A stretch of 64,000 nt of DNA. Origin: Candidatus Omnitrophota bacterium. GTDB lineage: Bacteria > Omnitrophota > Gorgyraeia > Zapsychrales > JAHFFX01. Positions within the stretch are counted from its first letter, which is position 1. Each line of letters opens with the position of its first letter. Shown piece after piece: positions 51,201 through 60,289 of the stretch. The translations under genes were made by a program, and so were the position numbers. Under the pieces are notes generated by a model. It was not told the DNA's origin. It was given only the letters and a program-made list of their open reading frames with translations, and did not search any database. The stretch lies in assembly GCA_023247725.1 (NCBI GenBank), contig JAHFFW010000007.1, positions 12,243-76,242 on the forward strand. Direction: 5' to 3'.

Positions 51201-52792
51201 TGGTCTCGTTGTGGGATAATCCGCTTTTTTTACAGAACTGGCGCGAACGCATGCGGCCTTCCACGGTCATGGCTTCCATTATTCTGACCGTCATCATCCT
51301 CATCTTGATTTTCCTGGGATCCTATATCCGCATCAGCGATTTTGATACGACCGACCCAAACCTGAAGGCGTTCTGGGCGATTGCCATTGGCCAGGGGATC
51401 CTCTTGTTATTGGTCGCTACCAGTTCTGCTCACAATATGGCAGTCCGGGAACGCAATAGCGGCACCCTGGATTTTCATCGCGCTTCTCCAACGACGCGTT
51501 TTGATCAGGTTCTGGGAATGCTCGTGGGCGCTCCTTCTTTGGAATGGTGCCTATTTTTGATGACGCTGCTGGCATCCCTGGCTTTGGCCTTCATGAGTGA
51601 GATTGGTTGGTTTAGGGGCCTACAATTTTATACTGCCATTATCTTTTGTACGCTTTTTTTTCATATCATTGTGATTTTTGCCGGGCTCTACCAAGAACGC
51701 AAAACCGCCCTTTTGAATCGGCGTAGCGGTGCCTTACAAGCCATTGTTGTATTTTACTTATTTGGGGGGTGCCTTTTTGCCGCGTACAATTTTTCGGTCC
51801 TTTATCATTTAACCCCGTTTCCTCATTACCAGCAAATCGCCAAGATCGTCTTTAAACCAGACCACATTTATGATCGACGCTATCCATATCCGGAACGGAA
51901 AGATTTTTCCCGTTCCTTTTATGGGAAAGACCTTCCGTCTCTAGCCTTGCAGATGATTATTCAAGGTCCCTTGTTGATCCTTTTATGGATGGGGACCATC
52001 CGCAAGATTTCCCGACCGGAACGACCGGCCTTTTCCAAAACACAATCTGTGTTGATGAGCGCTTATATCCTGTTTCTTTACCTGGGAAGTGCGGTTTCCC
52101 TTCTCCTTGAGACCAACTCCTCTTATGAGGCTTATGAGGATCAGTTGATCGTCGGGTCTTCCCTTTATTTAATCCTGGCCTTAGGGATTGCAGGCGCGAT
52201 CGGAAATGCGCCGACTCAATTGATGTATCTGAAAGGTTTGCGTAAGACCGAAAAACTGAATCGGAAGCACATCGAATGGAGTGAAGACCATAGCTCGGTG
52301 CATGCCTGGCTATTCATTTACTGTATGATTGCGGCCATCGCTTACCGGGCCATTGTTCCATGGATGCATGCGGACTTCCATCAACAACAAAAGATATTTA
52401 TTTTAGTTCTTTTGTACATCCTGTCCTTCGCCTGGGGTTTGGCTTACTTTCGTTTAAGCCGGCATCACAAAAAAAGAATGCTTTTTATCGTTGGCGTGAG
52501 CATCCTTTGGTTTTTTGTTCCCTTGTTGGGCTGGACCTTGCGTCCGGTTCTGGAAGCCTCTCCTTATCTTTTATATTATTTTTCCGCCCCCTCTCCCCTC
52601 TCCGGTCTGGGCCTGGCTCTCTCGACGCTGGGTCCCTGGTATGAACCCAGGGTCAAACCAGAGCACATAATCAATGCCTTTCTTTTGATCAACACCGTCA
52701 TTGCCATCACCACCATATTTCTCTGCCTGCGTGAGCAAAAACGGCTGATCCAAACGGTGAGACCTTCTCCGGCTCCCGCCGCCAAGGCTTGA
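51200..52792 (+). CDS. large polytopic membrane protein, putative ABC-2-type permease partner (531 aa)
   Basis: ATG overlaps ATPase TGA (TGATG) behind GGGAGG; >10 hydrophobic helices; no recognisable family motifs. Confidence 0.45.
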   Translation: MVSLWDNPLFLQNWRERMRPSTVMASIILTVIILILIFLGSYIRISDFDTTDPNLKAFWAIAIGQGILLLLVATSSAHNMAVRERNSGTLDFHRASPTTRFDQVLGMLVGAPSLEWCLFLMTLLASLALAFMSEIGWFRGLQFYTAIIFCTLFFHIIVIFAGLYQERKTALLNRRSGALQAIVVFYLFGGCLFAAYNFSVLYHLTPFPHYQQIAKIVFKPDHIYDRRYPYPERKDFSRSFYGKDLPSLALQMIIQGPLLILLWMGTIRKISRPERPAFSKTQSVLMSAYILFLYLGSAVSLLLETNSSYEAYEDQLIVGSSLYLILALGIAGAIGNAPTQLMYLKGLRKTEKLNRKHIEWSEDHSSVHAWLFIYCMIAAIAYRAIVPWMHADFHQQQKIFILVLLYILSFAWGLAYFRLSRHHKKRMLFIVGVSILWFFVPLLGWTLRPVLEASPYLLYYFSAPSPLSGLGLALSTLGPWYEPRVKPEHIINAFLLINTVIAITTIFLCLREQKRLIQTVRPSPAPAAKA

Positions 52793-52826
52793 CCGTTGAT
52801 TCCAGCTTAAACATTTCAATTTTATT

Positions 52827-53186
52827 TTAAAATTGCCGACTTCGCAGAAGCACCAAGGTACAGGGGTTTAAGGGCAATATGCCGGCTTTTTGAGCCTTGG
52901 CTTCGAGGTCGGGATTCTCAGCACCAGGATTGAAGATAATCCGACGGGGTTTCAATTGTAGAATATCCGAGGCAAGCGCATTGGAAATGTCGGCGGAGGC
53001 ATACAACGTCACGGTATCGATGGGCTCGGTGATTTCCTTGATTGAAGAAAAAACCGGCCAATCATCAATGGTTTTGATCCTCTGATGCACAGGAAAGACC
53101 CGATGACCGTATTCGGCCAGCAATTTCACCGCTTGATAGGAATATCGGTCGGGTTTATTCGAAGCACCGATAACCACTACGTTCAT
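52827..53186 (-). CDS. CoA-binding domain protein (YccU/YneT-like)
   Basis: MNVVVIGASNKPDRYSYQA Rossmann-like CoA-binding N-terminus; 119 aa; track's 26-aa N-terminal extension is translation of the GC hairpin. Confidence 0.75.
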   Translation of the reverse strand: MNVVVIGASNKPDRYSYQAVKLLAEYGHRVFPVHQRIKTIDDWPVFSSIKEITEPIDTVTLYASADISNALASDILQLKPRRIIFNPGAENPDLEAKAQKAGILPLNPCTLVLLRSRQF

Positions 53187-53199
53187 GATGGAAACTCTC

Positions 53200-53251
53200 G
53201 CGGGGGGGCCAGGCGGCCTGGGATTTTTTGCGGCCGCCTGGCCCCCCCCGC
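53200..53251. other. GC-rich stem-loop, ~19-bp stem GCGGGGGGGCCAGGCGGCC / GGCCGCCTGGCCCCCCC(C)GC with 13-nt loop
   Basis: Read directly between stop of 53266-53862 gene and start of CoA-binding gene; U-rich segment is in the loop, not after the stem. Confidence 0.6.
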
Positions 53252-53265
53252 GCACAGCCGTCAAT

Positions 53266-53862
53266 TTATGAATGCCGCATCCGCCAGGCGAGTTCTTCGG
53301 TGACCAAACGCCGGTCTTCCCAGCGGAAAAAAAATCGGCCGTCCAGATCCTTGCCGTAATGAAGCGAGATGTATGGGTTCAGATGCCGGGTCTCATTGAA
53401 CTTTAACGCCCTTTTCAGGGAATGATCGATCTCTTCCTTGTAGGCTTCCTCATCGTAAGGATAAAAAACCGCATAGCTTAGCCGATCATTAAATAGGGTC
53501 AGGGCCAGTTCTCCGGGTTGATCCAGATGAACATAGTTGCGGACCGAAACGGTATTGAGTTCATAAGGTTTTTTTTGTCCCTGGGAAAGGTTCTTGTTGG
53601 ATACGGAATATTGATAATGCTTATAAGTCAAATCATAAGTAAGATCGTCGAGTGACACGTAACTGTTGAACTCATCGATTATCGGCAAGCCCTTTTTGAC
53701 TTTGGTATAACTGGGTTCAATGAACAAAACCATGGCCACGTTTGAGGTGGGATTTTCTACGGCATAAAAAATAACAAAGGGGATAAGGACAATGACCGCA
53801 ATGACGATCCATTGCAAGCGGACATTTTCGGCAAATGGAATGGGTTGTTCTTCGTCCGGCAT
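53266..53862 (-). CDS. hypothetical membrane-anchored protein (198 aa)
   Basis: ATG start, one N-terminal TM (LQWIVIAVIVLIPFVIFYAV), Tyr-rich soluble domain; no family recognised. Confidence 0.4.
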   Translation of the reverse strand: MPDEEQPIPFAENVRLQWIVIAVIVLIPFVIFYAVENPTSNVAMVLFIEPSYTKVKKGLPIIDEFNSYVSLDDLTYDLTYKHYQYSVSNKNLSQGQKKPYELNTVSVRNYVHLDQPGELALTLFNDRLSYAVFYPYDEEAYKEEIDHSLKRALKFNETRHLNPYISLHYGKDLDGRFFFRWEDRRLVTEELAWRMRHS

Positions 53863-53883
53863 AATGGCCTAATGAATAAAAGG

Positions 53884-54687
53884 TCAGGGCTCGGGTGGGG
53901 ATTGGACATCAATAGTGGCGTGTTTAAGAACCACCTGGCCCTCTTTGATTTTCGTGTAGACACTGGTTTGTTTAGAGACGGCTTCTACCATCTGACCATT
54001 GGCGGCGGTCATGACTTCCTTGACCGTTTCCGCCGTCGTGGCAGAGGGGCCTTTGATCTCAATACGGTCTAGAGTGATTTGGTAATGATGGTCCTTGACG
54101 TTACCACCGACGCTGAAAAGTAATTGCAAATATTCTTCACGAGAATACACATGCTTGCCCGATCCATCCAAAATTTCAATACGGGCGTCATCGGCAATCA
54201 ACCCCTTTAGCTGGTCCCGATTGCGCAGCTCCAGATTTTTTTGGAATTCTTCCACAACCGTATGGATATCTTGGACCGTGAGGGGTTTTAATACTGGTTT
54301 GGAAGGTTGAGTCAAAGCGTCCGAGGTCCCACCGAATGGTTTTTTCTCAATGGATTTAATCTCTTCCCGGAAATAAGTCAAGGCAACGCCTAACCCCACA
54401 TCAATTTTGATCCATTTTTCATTTTCCTCAGTGATCATTCCCTCGAGCACCTTGCCGGATTGCAAGGTCACAACATAGAACCGCACGGGCATGCCTGTGG
54501 CACCTTGTTCTTCCATTCGGGCTTTTTCCTGTGCATTCTCCTGATTGTATGGTTCCATCCCGAGCGAAGCCTCCCCGGCCATGGCCGGAGTGCGAGTCGA
54601 GGGATCGCCCCAAGCAACCTTTGTCGTCAACAAAAGGCCCATCCCAAGATAGAGAATGAAAAGTCCCTTTAATCTGGATATGCGCAA
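53884..54687 (-). CDS. hypothetical secreted protein (267 aa; C-terminal half resembles NTF2/SnoaL-like fold), TTG start
   Basis: Signal peptide MRISRLKGLFILYLGMGLLLTTKVAWG; AAGGA upstream of TTG. Confidence 0.4.
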   Translation of the reverse strand: MRISRLKGLFILYLGMGLLLTTKVAWGDPSTRTPAMAGEASLGMEPYNQENAQEKARMEEQGATGMPVRFYVVTLQSGKVLEGMITEENEKWIKIDVGLGVALTYFREEIKSIEKKPFGGTSDALTQPSKPVLKPLTVQDIHTVVEEFQKNLELRNRDQLKGLIADDARIEILDGSGKHVYSREEYLQLLFSVGGNVKDHHYQITLDRIEIKGPSATTAETVKEVMTAANGQMVEAVSKQTSVYTKIKEGQVVLKHATIDVQSPPEP

Positions 54688-54759
54688 TGGAAAAATCCTT
54701 GGTTGACGTTTATTGGAAGTTCAGTATACGCGAAAAGATTTTTCGCTTCAATACATTGT

Positions 54760-55305
54760 TCAATTTTGTCCTTTTAAGTATAAAGGAACGTAGGGATAAT
54801 TGAGAAAAATAGCCGATGGATCTTTTTGTCGAAGGACCACGGCAAAGTGATTTTCCCAATGCTTTATCTGAGTTTGCAAATCAACGCCCATATATTTCTT
54901 TTTTGGAATGAGATTCGTTTTCAATAACTCAATTCCCCGTAAGGACAAGATAGCCGCACCCCGCCAATGGCCGGTCATGCATTTCAAATAAGCGGCCGAA
55001 ATCTTAATCAGTCCTTGAAGAAAACCCCGACTCATCGGATCACCGGCTATTTGCCGCCATAGCCCTTCCCAGGCCTCATGCGCTTCCCACCAAAACCCTT
55101 GGTTGTAAAGATCAATTCCATAAAGATACTGTTTTTGGTTGACCCAAAGGTCCGGTCCCAACCATTGTTCTTGTGCTTGAGCCTCATGACGGGAAGAGCC
55201 TGATCGATATTCGACGGGAGCAGAGCTCTGGCCGGGGATCAATCGGTGCAATGGCAAAGGCCAGGGAGAATAACGTCGGAATTTTAAAGAAAACTCTTTC
55301 GGCAT
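54760..55305 (-). CDS. DUF309-domain protein
   Basis: YLYGIDLYNQGFWWEAHEAWEGLW matches the DUF309 core; starts 9 nt after hemY stop. Confidence 0.6.
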   Translation of the reverse strand: MPKEFSLKFRRYSPWPLPLHRLIPGQSSAPVEYRSGSSRHEAQAQEQWLGPDLWVNQKQYLYGIDLYNQGFWWEAHEAWEGLWRQIAGDPMSRGFLQGLIKISAAYLKCMTGHWRGAAILSLRGIELLKTNLIPKKKYMGVDLQTQIKHWENHFAVVLRQKDPSAIFLNYPYVPLYLKGQN

Positions 55306-55314
55306 GTGGCAAGA

Positions 55315-56697
55315 TCATCCTTCAGCAATAGCACAAGAATCAGCCGCCTTTTTTGCATTCCTCATGCAATCAGTCAACGAAATGCCATTCCAATAGTTGG
55401 CCACGACCTGAAGATTTTTTAAACGCATCATGTCGGGGAGAATCTCGGACCGAAATTGAGCGTATTGTTGGTCATATTGCGGAATGGCCTGGGGCCACAA
55501 AACGCAAAGACTTTGAGTCGGATCTTGGCTGGTGTGCAATCTTGCCTCGACTTCCTTTTGTGCGAATCCAATCAGTTCGTTCGGCTCCTTTGAAACGATT
55601 TCCGGGTGAAGCATGCCGCCCAAAAAAACTCGCAGAAGGAAATGATCCGGCGCACAGCGTCCCGGAAAGATATTGCTCTCGAATAAAACGCCTAAGATCA
55701 TATTTTTTTCCTGCGATGGCACAAGGTAACCGAAGCCATCCGGCCAGGACGCAAGGGCCTCTTTTCGATACAAAAAGCCTACGACCGCAATGGGCGCGTA
55801 AGCAATCTTTCCCAACCGCTCGCTTAACGACGGGCAGAGGGACCTCAACAATCTCGCGGCTCCGGGCGCCGGAAGACAGAGAAACAATTGATCGGCTGGA
55901 AGGGTTTCTTGTTTTGTTTTCACCCAATACCCGCCGGAATTTGATAAATCGATCGATAACACTTCCCTTTGACAAAGAATGATATTTTTATATTTTTCTT
56001 CCAAAGCGTGGATCAGTTGGCCTAATCCTTGTCGCAAAGAAGTCAGGAGCGGCTTCGGCTTGTTCCTTTTCGTTATGCCGTTTCTTTTGGCCAGCATTCC
56101 TCTGAGGAACGATCCATAATTTTGTTCGAGCTCAAAAAATTGCGGAAAGGCCAGGGCCAGATTGAGGTTTTTGATGTCCCCCCCATAAATCCCATTGATA
56201 AAAGGATCTAAAAACAATTCGGTCACTCTTTGGCCAAAATGGCGGCAACCAAACTCATAAACGGTTTCATGGGAATCAGGCGCGCCGGGCGTCAGGATTT
56301 CGGCAAAAACTTTTAATTTATCGCCCCAGGATAATTCCGGAGATAAAACGAAATCTTTGAGACTCCCCGGAAAGGCATGCAGTCGGTTTTGATGAAGAAA
56401 ATAGCGTCTCTTCGCGGTCGGCTGAGCATGAACCAATTCTCCCTTTAATCCCAACGCTTCGCATAACGCCAGGACATCGCCCTTCGTATCGAGAAATCCA
56501 TTGGGGCCAGACTCGAAGAGCATGCCCTTTTCTTGACGGGTCATGACCTTGCCTCCGGATTTTTCGGCTTTTTCCAGAAGCAGGATTTTGATATCGTTTC
56601 GCCGGGCATAGCGCTCGTGCAGGTAATGCAATAAGCTCAAGCCGCTAATGCCTCCCCCGACAATCACGATCTGCGTTGAATTCTGGGCGCTCATCAT
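55315..56697 (-). CDS. hemY: protoporphyrinogen/coproporphyrinogen oxidase (HemY/PgoX family, FAD)
   Basis: IVIVGGGISGLS dinucleotide motif, 460 aa amine-oxidase fold; ATG overlaps hemE stop. Confidence 0.8.
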   Translation of the reverse strand: MMSAQNSTQIVIVGGGISGLSLLHYLHERYARRNDIKILLLEKAEKSGGKVMTRQEKGMLFESGPNGFLDTKGDVLALCEALGLKGELVHAQPTAKRRYFLHQNRLHAFPGSLKDFVLSPELSWGDKLKVFAEILTPGAPDSHETVYEFGCRHFGQRVTELFLDPFINGIYGGDIKNLNLALAFPQFFELEQNYGSFLRGMLAKRNGITKRNKPKPLLTSLRQGLGQLIHALEEKYKNIILCQREVLSIDLSNSGGYWVKTKQETLPADQLFLCLPAPGAARLLRSLCPSLSERLGKIAYAPIAVVGFLYRKEALASWPDGFGYLVPSQEKNMILGVLFESNIFPGRCAPDHFLLRVFLGGMLHPEIVSKEPNELIGFAQKEVEARLHTSQDPTQSLCVLWPQAIPQYDQQYAQFRSEILPDMMRLKNLQVVANYWNGISLTDCMRNAKKAADSCAIAEG

Positions 56698-57707
56698 TTC
56701 TTCCGGTCAAATCCGTGCACCAAATCCACAATCAGTTTCAAGGCATCGGGATCGACATCCGGAAAAACCCCGTGACTGAGATTAAAAATATAACGCCGAT
56801 ATGGTCGCGCCCCCAGTAAACAATCGAGCACTTCCTCTTTGAGTTTGGATCGATCCGCATACAAGAGGCCATTAAAAAGATTGCCCTGCACCCCGTGGTG
56901 GTTTTTGGCCAGAATTGGATCATGGCCAAAAACCACCGTCTGACAGACCGACAAAAAATCCGACCCGCATTGATCCATCAATTTGAGCAGGTGGCTGGCA
57001 TTTTTTAAATAATAGATCGATGGGAGTTTTACACTTTGAAAGATTTTCTTCACATACGGCAAAGACCAGTGGGCGTAATCGCTCGGCCGCAGGACACCGC
57101 TCCCGGTATCAAAAATCTGATAGGCCTCAATGCCGGCCTCCTTTTGAAGTCCAAGATATCGAATGGTGTTATCCGTCAGACGCTGCAACAATTGATGAAA
57201 TGCCTGAGGATAGGCGTTGGCAAATGCCCAGGTTCGACTAAACGAGGTTGGCGAACCGCCCTCCAACAAATAGCTGGCCACAGTGAACGGCGAACCGGCA
57301 AAACCAATCAACGCAATACCCGCCGGCAGACCTTCTCGCGTCATGTGGATGGCCTTTGCCAGATCATCCATTCCCGTAAACTCAGAAATGGTTTGAAGAT
57401 CCCGAGAATTTCGGATGGGAGTATCAATGACCGGTCCCTGTGCGTCGACAAAGCGGATTTTAAAACCCATCTTTGCCGGCAAACTGAGGATATCCGCAAA
57501 CAGGATGGCGGCATCGACCCCTAGCTTCTTAACCGGCAAAAGCGTAATTTCAGCGACGAGCTCGGGATTGAGAAACATTTCCTCGAGTGAATGCCCTCCT
57601 TTGATCTTTCGGTATTCCGGCAGATAGCGCCCGGCCTGGCGCATGAACCAAACCGGAATGACCGTATTGGTGCCCGAGAAGGCTTGCAGAAACGAGGATG
57701 GGTTCAT
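56694..57707 (-). CDS. hemE: uroporphyrinogen decarboxylase
   Basis: PVWFMRQAGRYLPEYR signature near N-terminus; 337 aa. Confidence 0.9.
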   Translation of the reverse strand: MNPSSFLQAFSGTNTVIPVWFMRQAGRYLPEYRKIKGGHSLEEMFLNPELVAEITLLPVKKLGVDAAILFADILSLPAKMGFKIRFVDAQGPVIDTPIRNSRDLQTISEFTGMDDLAKAIHMTREGLPAGIALIGFAGSPFTVASYLLEGGSPTSFSRTWAFANAYPQAFHQLLQRLTDNTIRYLGLQKEAGIEAYQIFDTGSGVLRPSDYAHWSLPYVKKIFQSVKLPSIYYLKNASHLLKLMDQCGSDFLSVCQTVVFGHDPILAKNHHGVQGNLFNGLLYADRSKLKEEVLDCLLGARPYRRYIFNLSHGVFPDVDPDALKLIVDLVHGFDRKK

Positions 57708-57789
57708 GGGGGTTTGAAAGAAATGCTGATGAGAAGAAAAATTGTTAGCCGTTGGTTAAGAATTGATTGGCTAAGAGGCTTTATGCAAT

Positions 57790-59163
57790 TCAAACTGTTT
57801 GCGAGAATCTGCGGCTAGTCTTTCCTTGACGCAGATACCAATCGAAGCCCATGCAGATATTACGGACGAACAGTTTACCAAAATCCGTGACGCGGCAATA
57901 ATCATGGGAGGTCTCGATTAAACCTTCGGCAAGACAATAGGCGATGTGGGACTGCTCCTCGGCAAAATATTGATCGAACTCACAGCCGAATTCTGTTTTG
58001 AATTCTCTTTTTTTGACTTCAAACCGGCACATCAACCGGTCGATCGTCCACTGCCGGATTTGGTCGTCCACCGTTAGCTCTTTGCCTCGTTCCACCGGCA
58101 GTTCATTCCTCTTCAAACTGTCATAATACTCATGAATTGTTTTATAATTTTGGATAAAAGTTTTCTCCACAAAACTAATTGATGACAAACCCAGCCCCAC
58201 GAATTCATCCGCCGGTCTAACCGTGTAGCCCATGAAATTTCGGTACAGATGGCCTTGCTCAAAGGCGCGGGCGAGTTCATCCTCTCTTAAAGCAAAATGA
58301 TCCATGGCAATCGCCTCATAACCATGCTCTAAAAAAAGCCTGCGGGCCTGCAGAAAAATATCGAGCTTTTGACTATTGGTGGGTAGATTCTCGAACAGCA
58401 ATTTCCGTTGCTGTTTTTTGATCCAGGGGACGTAGGCAAAACTGTATAAAGCGATCCGGTCTGGACGAAGATCGATGACCTTTTCCACCGTCGAGGCAAA
58501 TTGGTCAGGCGTTTGATTGGGCAGCCCATAAATAAGATCGAAATTGATGGAACGAAAGCCAAGCTCTCGGCACCATTGGTAGAATGCCTGGACTTTTTCG
58601 AACGGTTGGATACGATTGACCTCTTTTTGAACCGCTTCATCAAAATCCTGAATTCCCATGGAGACTCGATTGAACCCTAAAGAACGCAATTTTTCCAATT
58701 TGTTTCGGTCGATTGTGCGCGGGTCAATTTCAACGGCGATCTCCGCACGGGGGTCTAGATCAAAACTCGCCGTAATTTTTTTAAATAACCGTTCAAGCTG
58801 CGCCTCGCTCAAGTAAGTCGGGGTCCCTCCCCCCCAATGCATTTGCTTGATCTTCTTGCGCCCACCCATAGACTGAGCGACGAGATCCATTTCTTTAAAA
58901 AGATATCCCAGATATTCATCGCCGTATTTTTCATCGTTGGGACGAATGAGGACATTGCAGGCACAAAAATAACACAGCGATCGGCAAAAAGGGATATGAA
59001 CATACAGGGAAAGGGGGGTAAGGCTCTGCCCAAAGATACGCAGTTTATCCTCGTAGGTTGCCTTGGTGAGGGCGTTCGTCCACTCTGGTGCCGTCGGATA
59101 ACTCGTGTAGCGAGGGCCTGCCACATCAAATTTTTGAATGATCTCTTTATCAATGGTCAGCAT
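57790..59163 (-). CDS. hemN: oxygen-independent coproporphyrinogen III oxidase-like radical SAM (HemN family)
   Basis: CRSLCYFCACN CxxxCxxC, GGGTPT motif, HemN C-terminal domain; 457 aa. Confidence 0.8.
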   Translation of the reverse strand: MLTIDKEIIQKFDVAGPRYTSYPTAPEWTNALTKATYEDKLRIFGQSLTPLSLYVHIPFCRSLCYFCACNVLIRPNDEKYGDEYLGYLFKEMDLVAQSMGGRKKIKQMHWGGGTPTYLSEAQLERLFKKITASFDLDPRAEIAVEIDPRTIDRNKLEKLRSLGFNRVSMGIQDFDEAVQKEVNRIQPFEKVQAFYQWCRELGFRSINFDLIYGLPNQTPDQFASTVEKVIDLRPDRIALYSFAYVPWIKKQQRKLLFENLPTNSQKLDIFLQARRLFLEHGYEAIAMDHFALREDELARAFEQGHLYRNFMGYTVRPADEFVGLGLSSISFVEKTFIQNYKTIHEYYDSLKRNELPVERGKELTVDDQIRQWTIDRLMCRFEVKKREFKTEFGCEFDQYFAEEQSHIAYCLAEGLIETSHDYCRVTDFGKLFVRNICMGFDWYLRQGKTSRRFSQTV

Positions 59164-59169
59164 ATTAAA

Positions 59170-59949
59170 TTAAACCTTCTGTTCCCGCGACCGGGAGGCC
59201 AGAAAATAATCGCGATTAAGGCGAGTGATGTTCGTGACACTGATGCCTTTGGGGCACGCCGCTTCGCATTCATAAATATTGGAACAGTGGCCGAATCCCT
59301 CCCGATCCATTTGTTGAACGAGAGACAGCGTCCGCTGGTCTTTCTCCGGTTGTCCCTGAGGTAAAAGATTCAAATGGCCCGCTTTGGCTGCCGTGTAAAG
59401 CATCGCTGATCCATTGGGACAAGCCGCGACACAGGCCGCGCAGGCAATGCAGGCGGCTGCATCCATGGCCATATCCGACTTGGACTTTGAAACAAGGAGT
59501 GTGTGCGCCTCGGGGGCGGATCCGGTCTTGATCGAGATAAATCCTCCCGCCATGGCAATGCGGTCAAAGGCGGAACGATCGACGACCAGATCCTTGATGA
59601 CCGGAAAGGCTCTTGATCGCCATGGTTCGATGACGAGCGTTGCATTATTTTGAAAATGGCGCATGTGCAGCTGGCATAGGGTGGTGTCTCTCAATGGACC
59701 ATGGGCCTGGCCGTTCACCATGGCTCCGCACAAGCCACAAATTCCCTCTCGGCAATCGTGATCAAAGGCAATGGGTTCTTTGCCCTCTTTGATCAATTTT
59801 TCATTCACCACATCCAGCATTTCCAAAAAAGACATATCGGTATCGATGTGATCGGCGCAATAAATCTCGAATCGACCCGGAGTATTCCGATCTTTCTGCC
59901 GCCAGACTTTGAGAGTGAGATTGATCGTGGTGGCCATGGTTTTATTCAT
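59170..59949 (-). CDS. sdhB: succinate dehydrogenase/fumarate reductase iron-sulfur subunit
   Basis: [10 protein letters not shown] (2Fe-2S), [12 protein letters not shown] and CxxxxxCP (4Fe-4S/3Fe-4S) motifs; 259 aa. Confidence 0.85.
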   Translation of the reverse strand: MNKTMATTINLTLKVWRQKDRNTPGRFEIYCADHIDTDMSFLEMLDVVNEKLIKEGKEPIAFDHDCREGICGLCGAMVNGQAHGPLRDTTLCQLHMRHFQNNATLVIEPWRSRAFPVIKDLVVDRSAFDRIAMAGGFISIKTGSAPEAHTLLVSKSKSDMAMDAAACIACAACVAACPNGSAMLYTAAKAGHLNLLPQGQPEKDQRTLSLVQQMDREGFGHCSNIYECEAACPKGISVTNITRLNRDYFLASRSREQKV

Positions 59950-59950
59950 G

Positions 59951-60289
59951 CTATGGAGAAGGGCGACGATTGTCTAACTTGTTCTTAATTTGTTTCAAGG
60001 CATTCTCCAGATTTTCATTCCCTTTCCAATGACCTTCTTCTTTTAAATCATCCAATTCATGGACCATGATGCGTTCATAACGTTTGTTGTTTTCCAACTG
60101 TTTGAGTAAGCGAATTCTCCATTTGAGAAAACTTTGAAAAATGAGCAGGATCAAAAGAAAAGTAGCAACCGTCAGGCTTTGGTCGAAACTGATATTGGTT
60201 GGCCCTTCCACTAAAATCTCTAACCAAAAAAACATGACACAGGCAAAAATGGTCCAGGCAACAAGTTTATGCAGCACCAACAAATTCAT
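59951..60289 (-). CDS. small 2-TM membrane protein encoded between sdhA and sdhB (112 aa)
   Basis: ATG overlaps sdhA stop (ATGA) behind AGGAG; stop 1 nt before sdhB ATG; TM helices [24 protein letters not shown] and [17 protein letters not shown], charged C-terminal tail. Confidence 0.45.
   Translation of the reverse strand: MNLLVLHKLVAWTIFACVMFFWLEILVEGPTNISFDQSLTVATFLLILLIFQSFLKWRIRLLKQLENNKRYERIMVHELDDLKEEGHWKGNENLENALKQIKNKLDNRRPSP

Noticed and set aside
53187-53264. N-terminal extensions in the ORF track produced by TTG/GTG starts
   Set aside because: - Other cases are 29666-29881 (coxD), 43870-43947 (hemA), 40210-40467 (atpB), 46218-46514 (moeA) and 33056-33088 (cupredoxin).
- The track translates non-ATG first codons as M.
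- In each case an internal ATG with an RBS and/or family-typical N-terminus exists, and the extension overlaps a hairpin or an upstream gene, so the shorter gene model was used.
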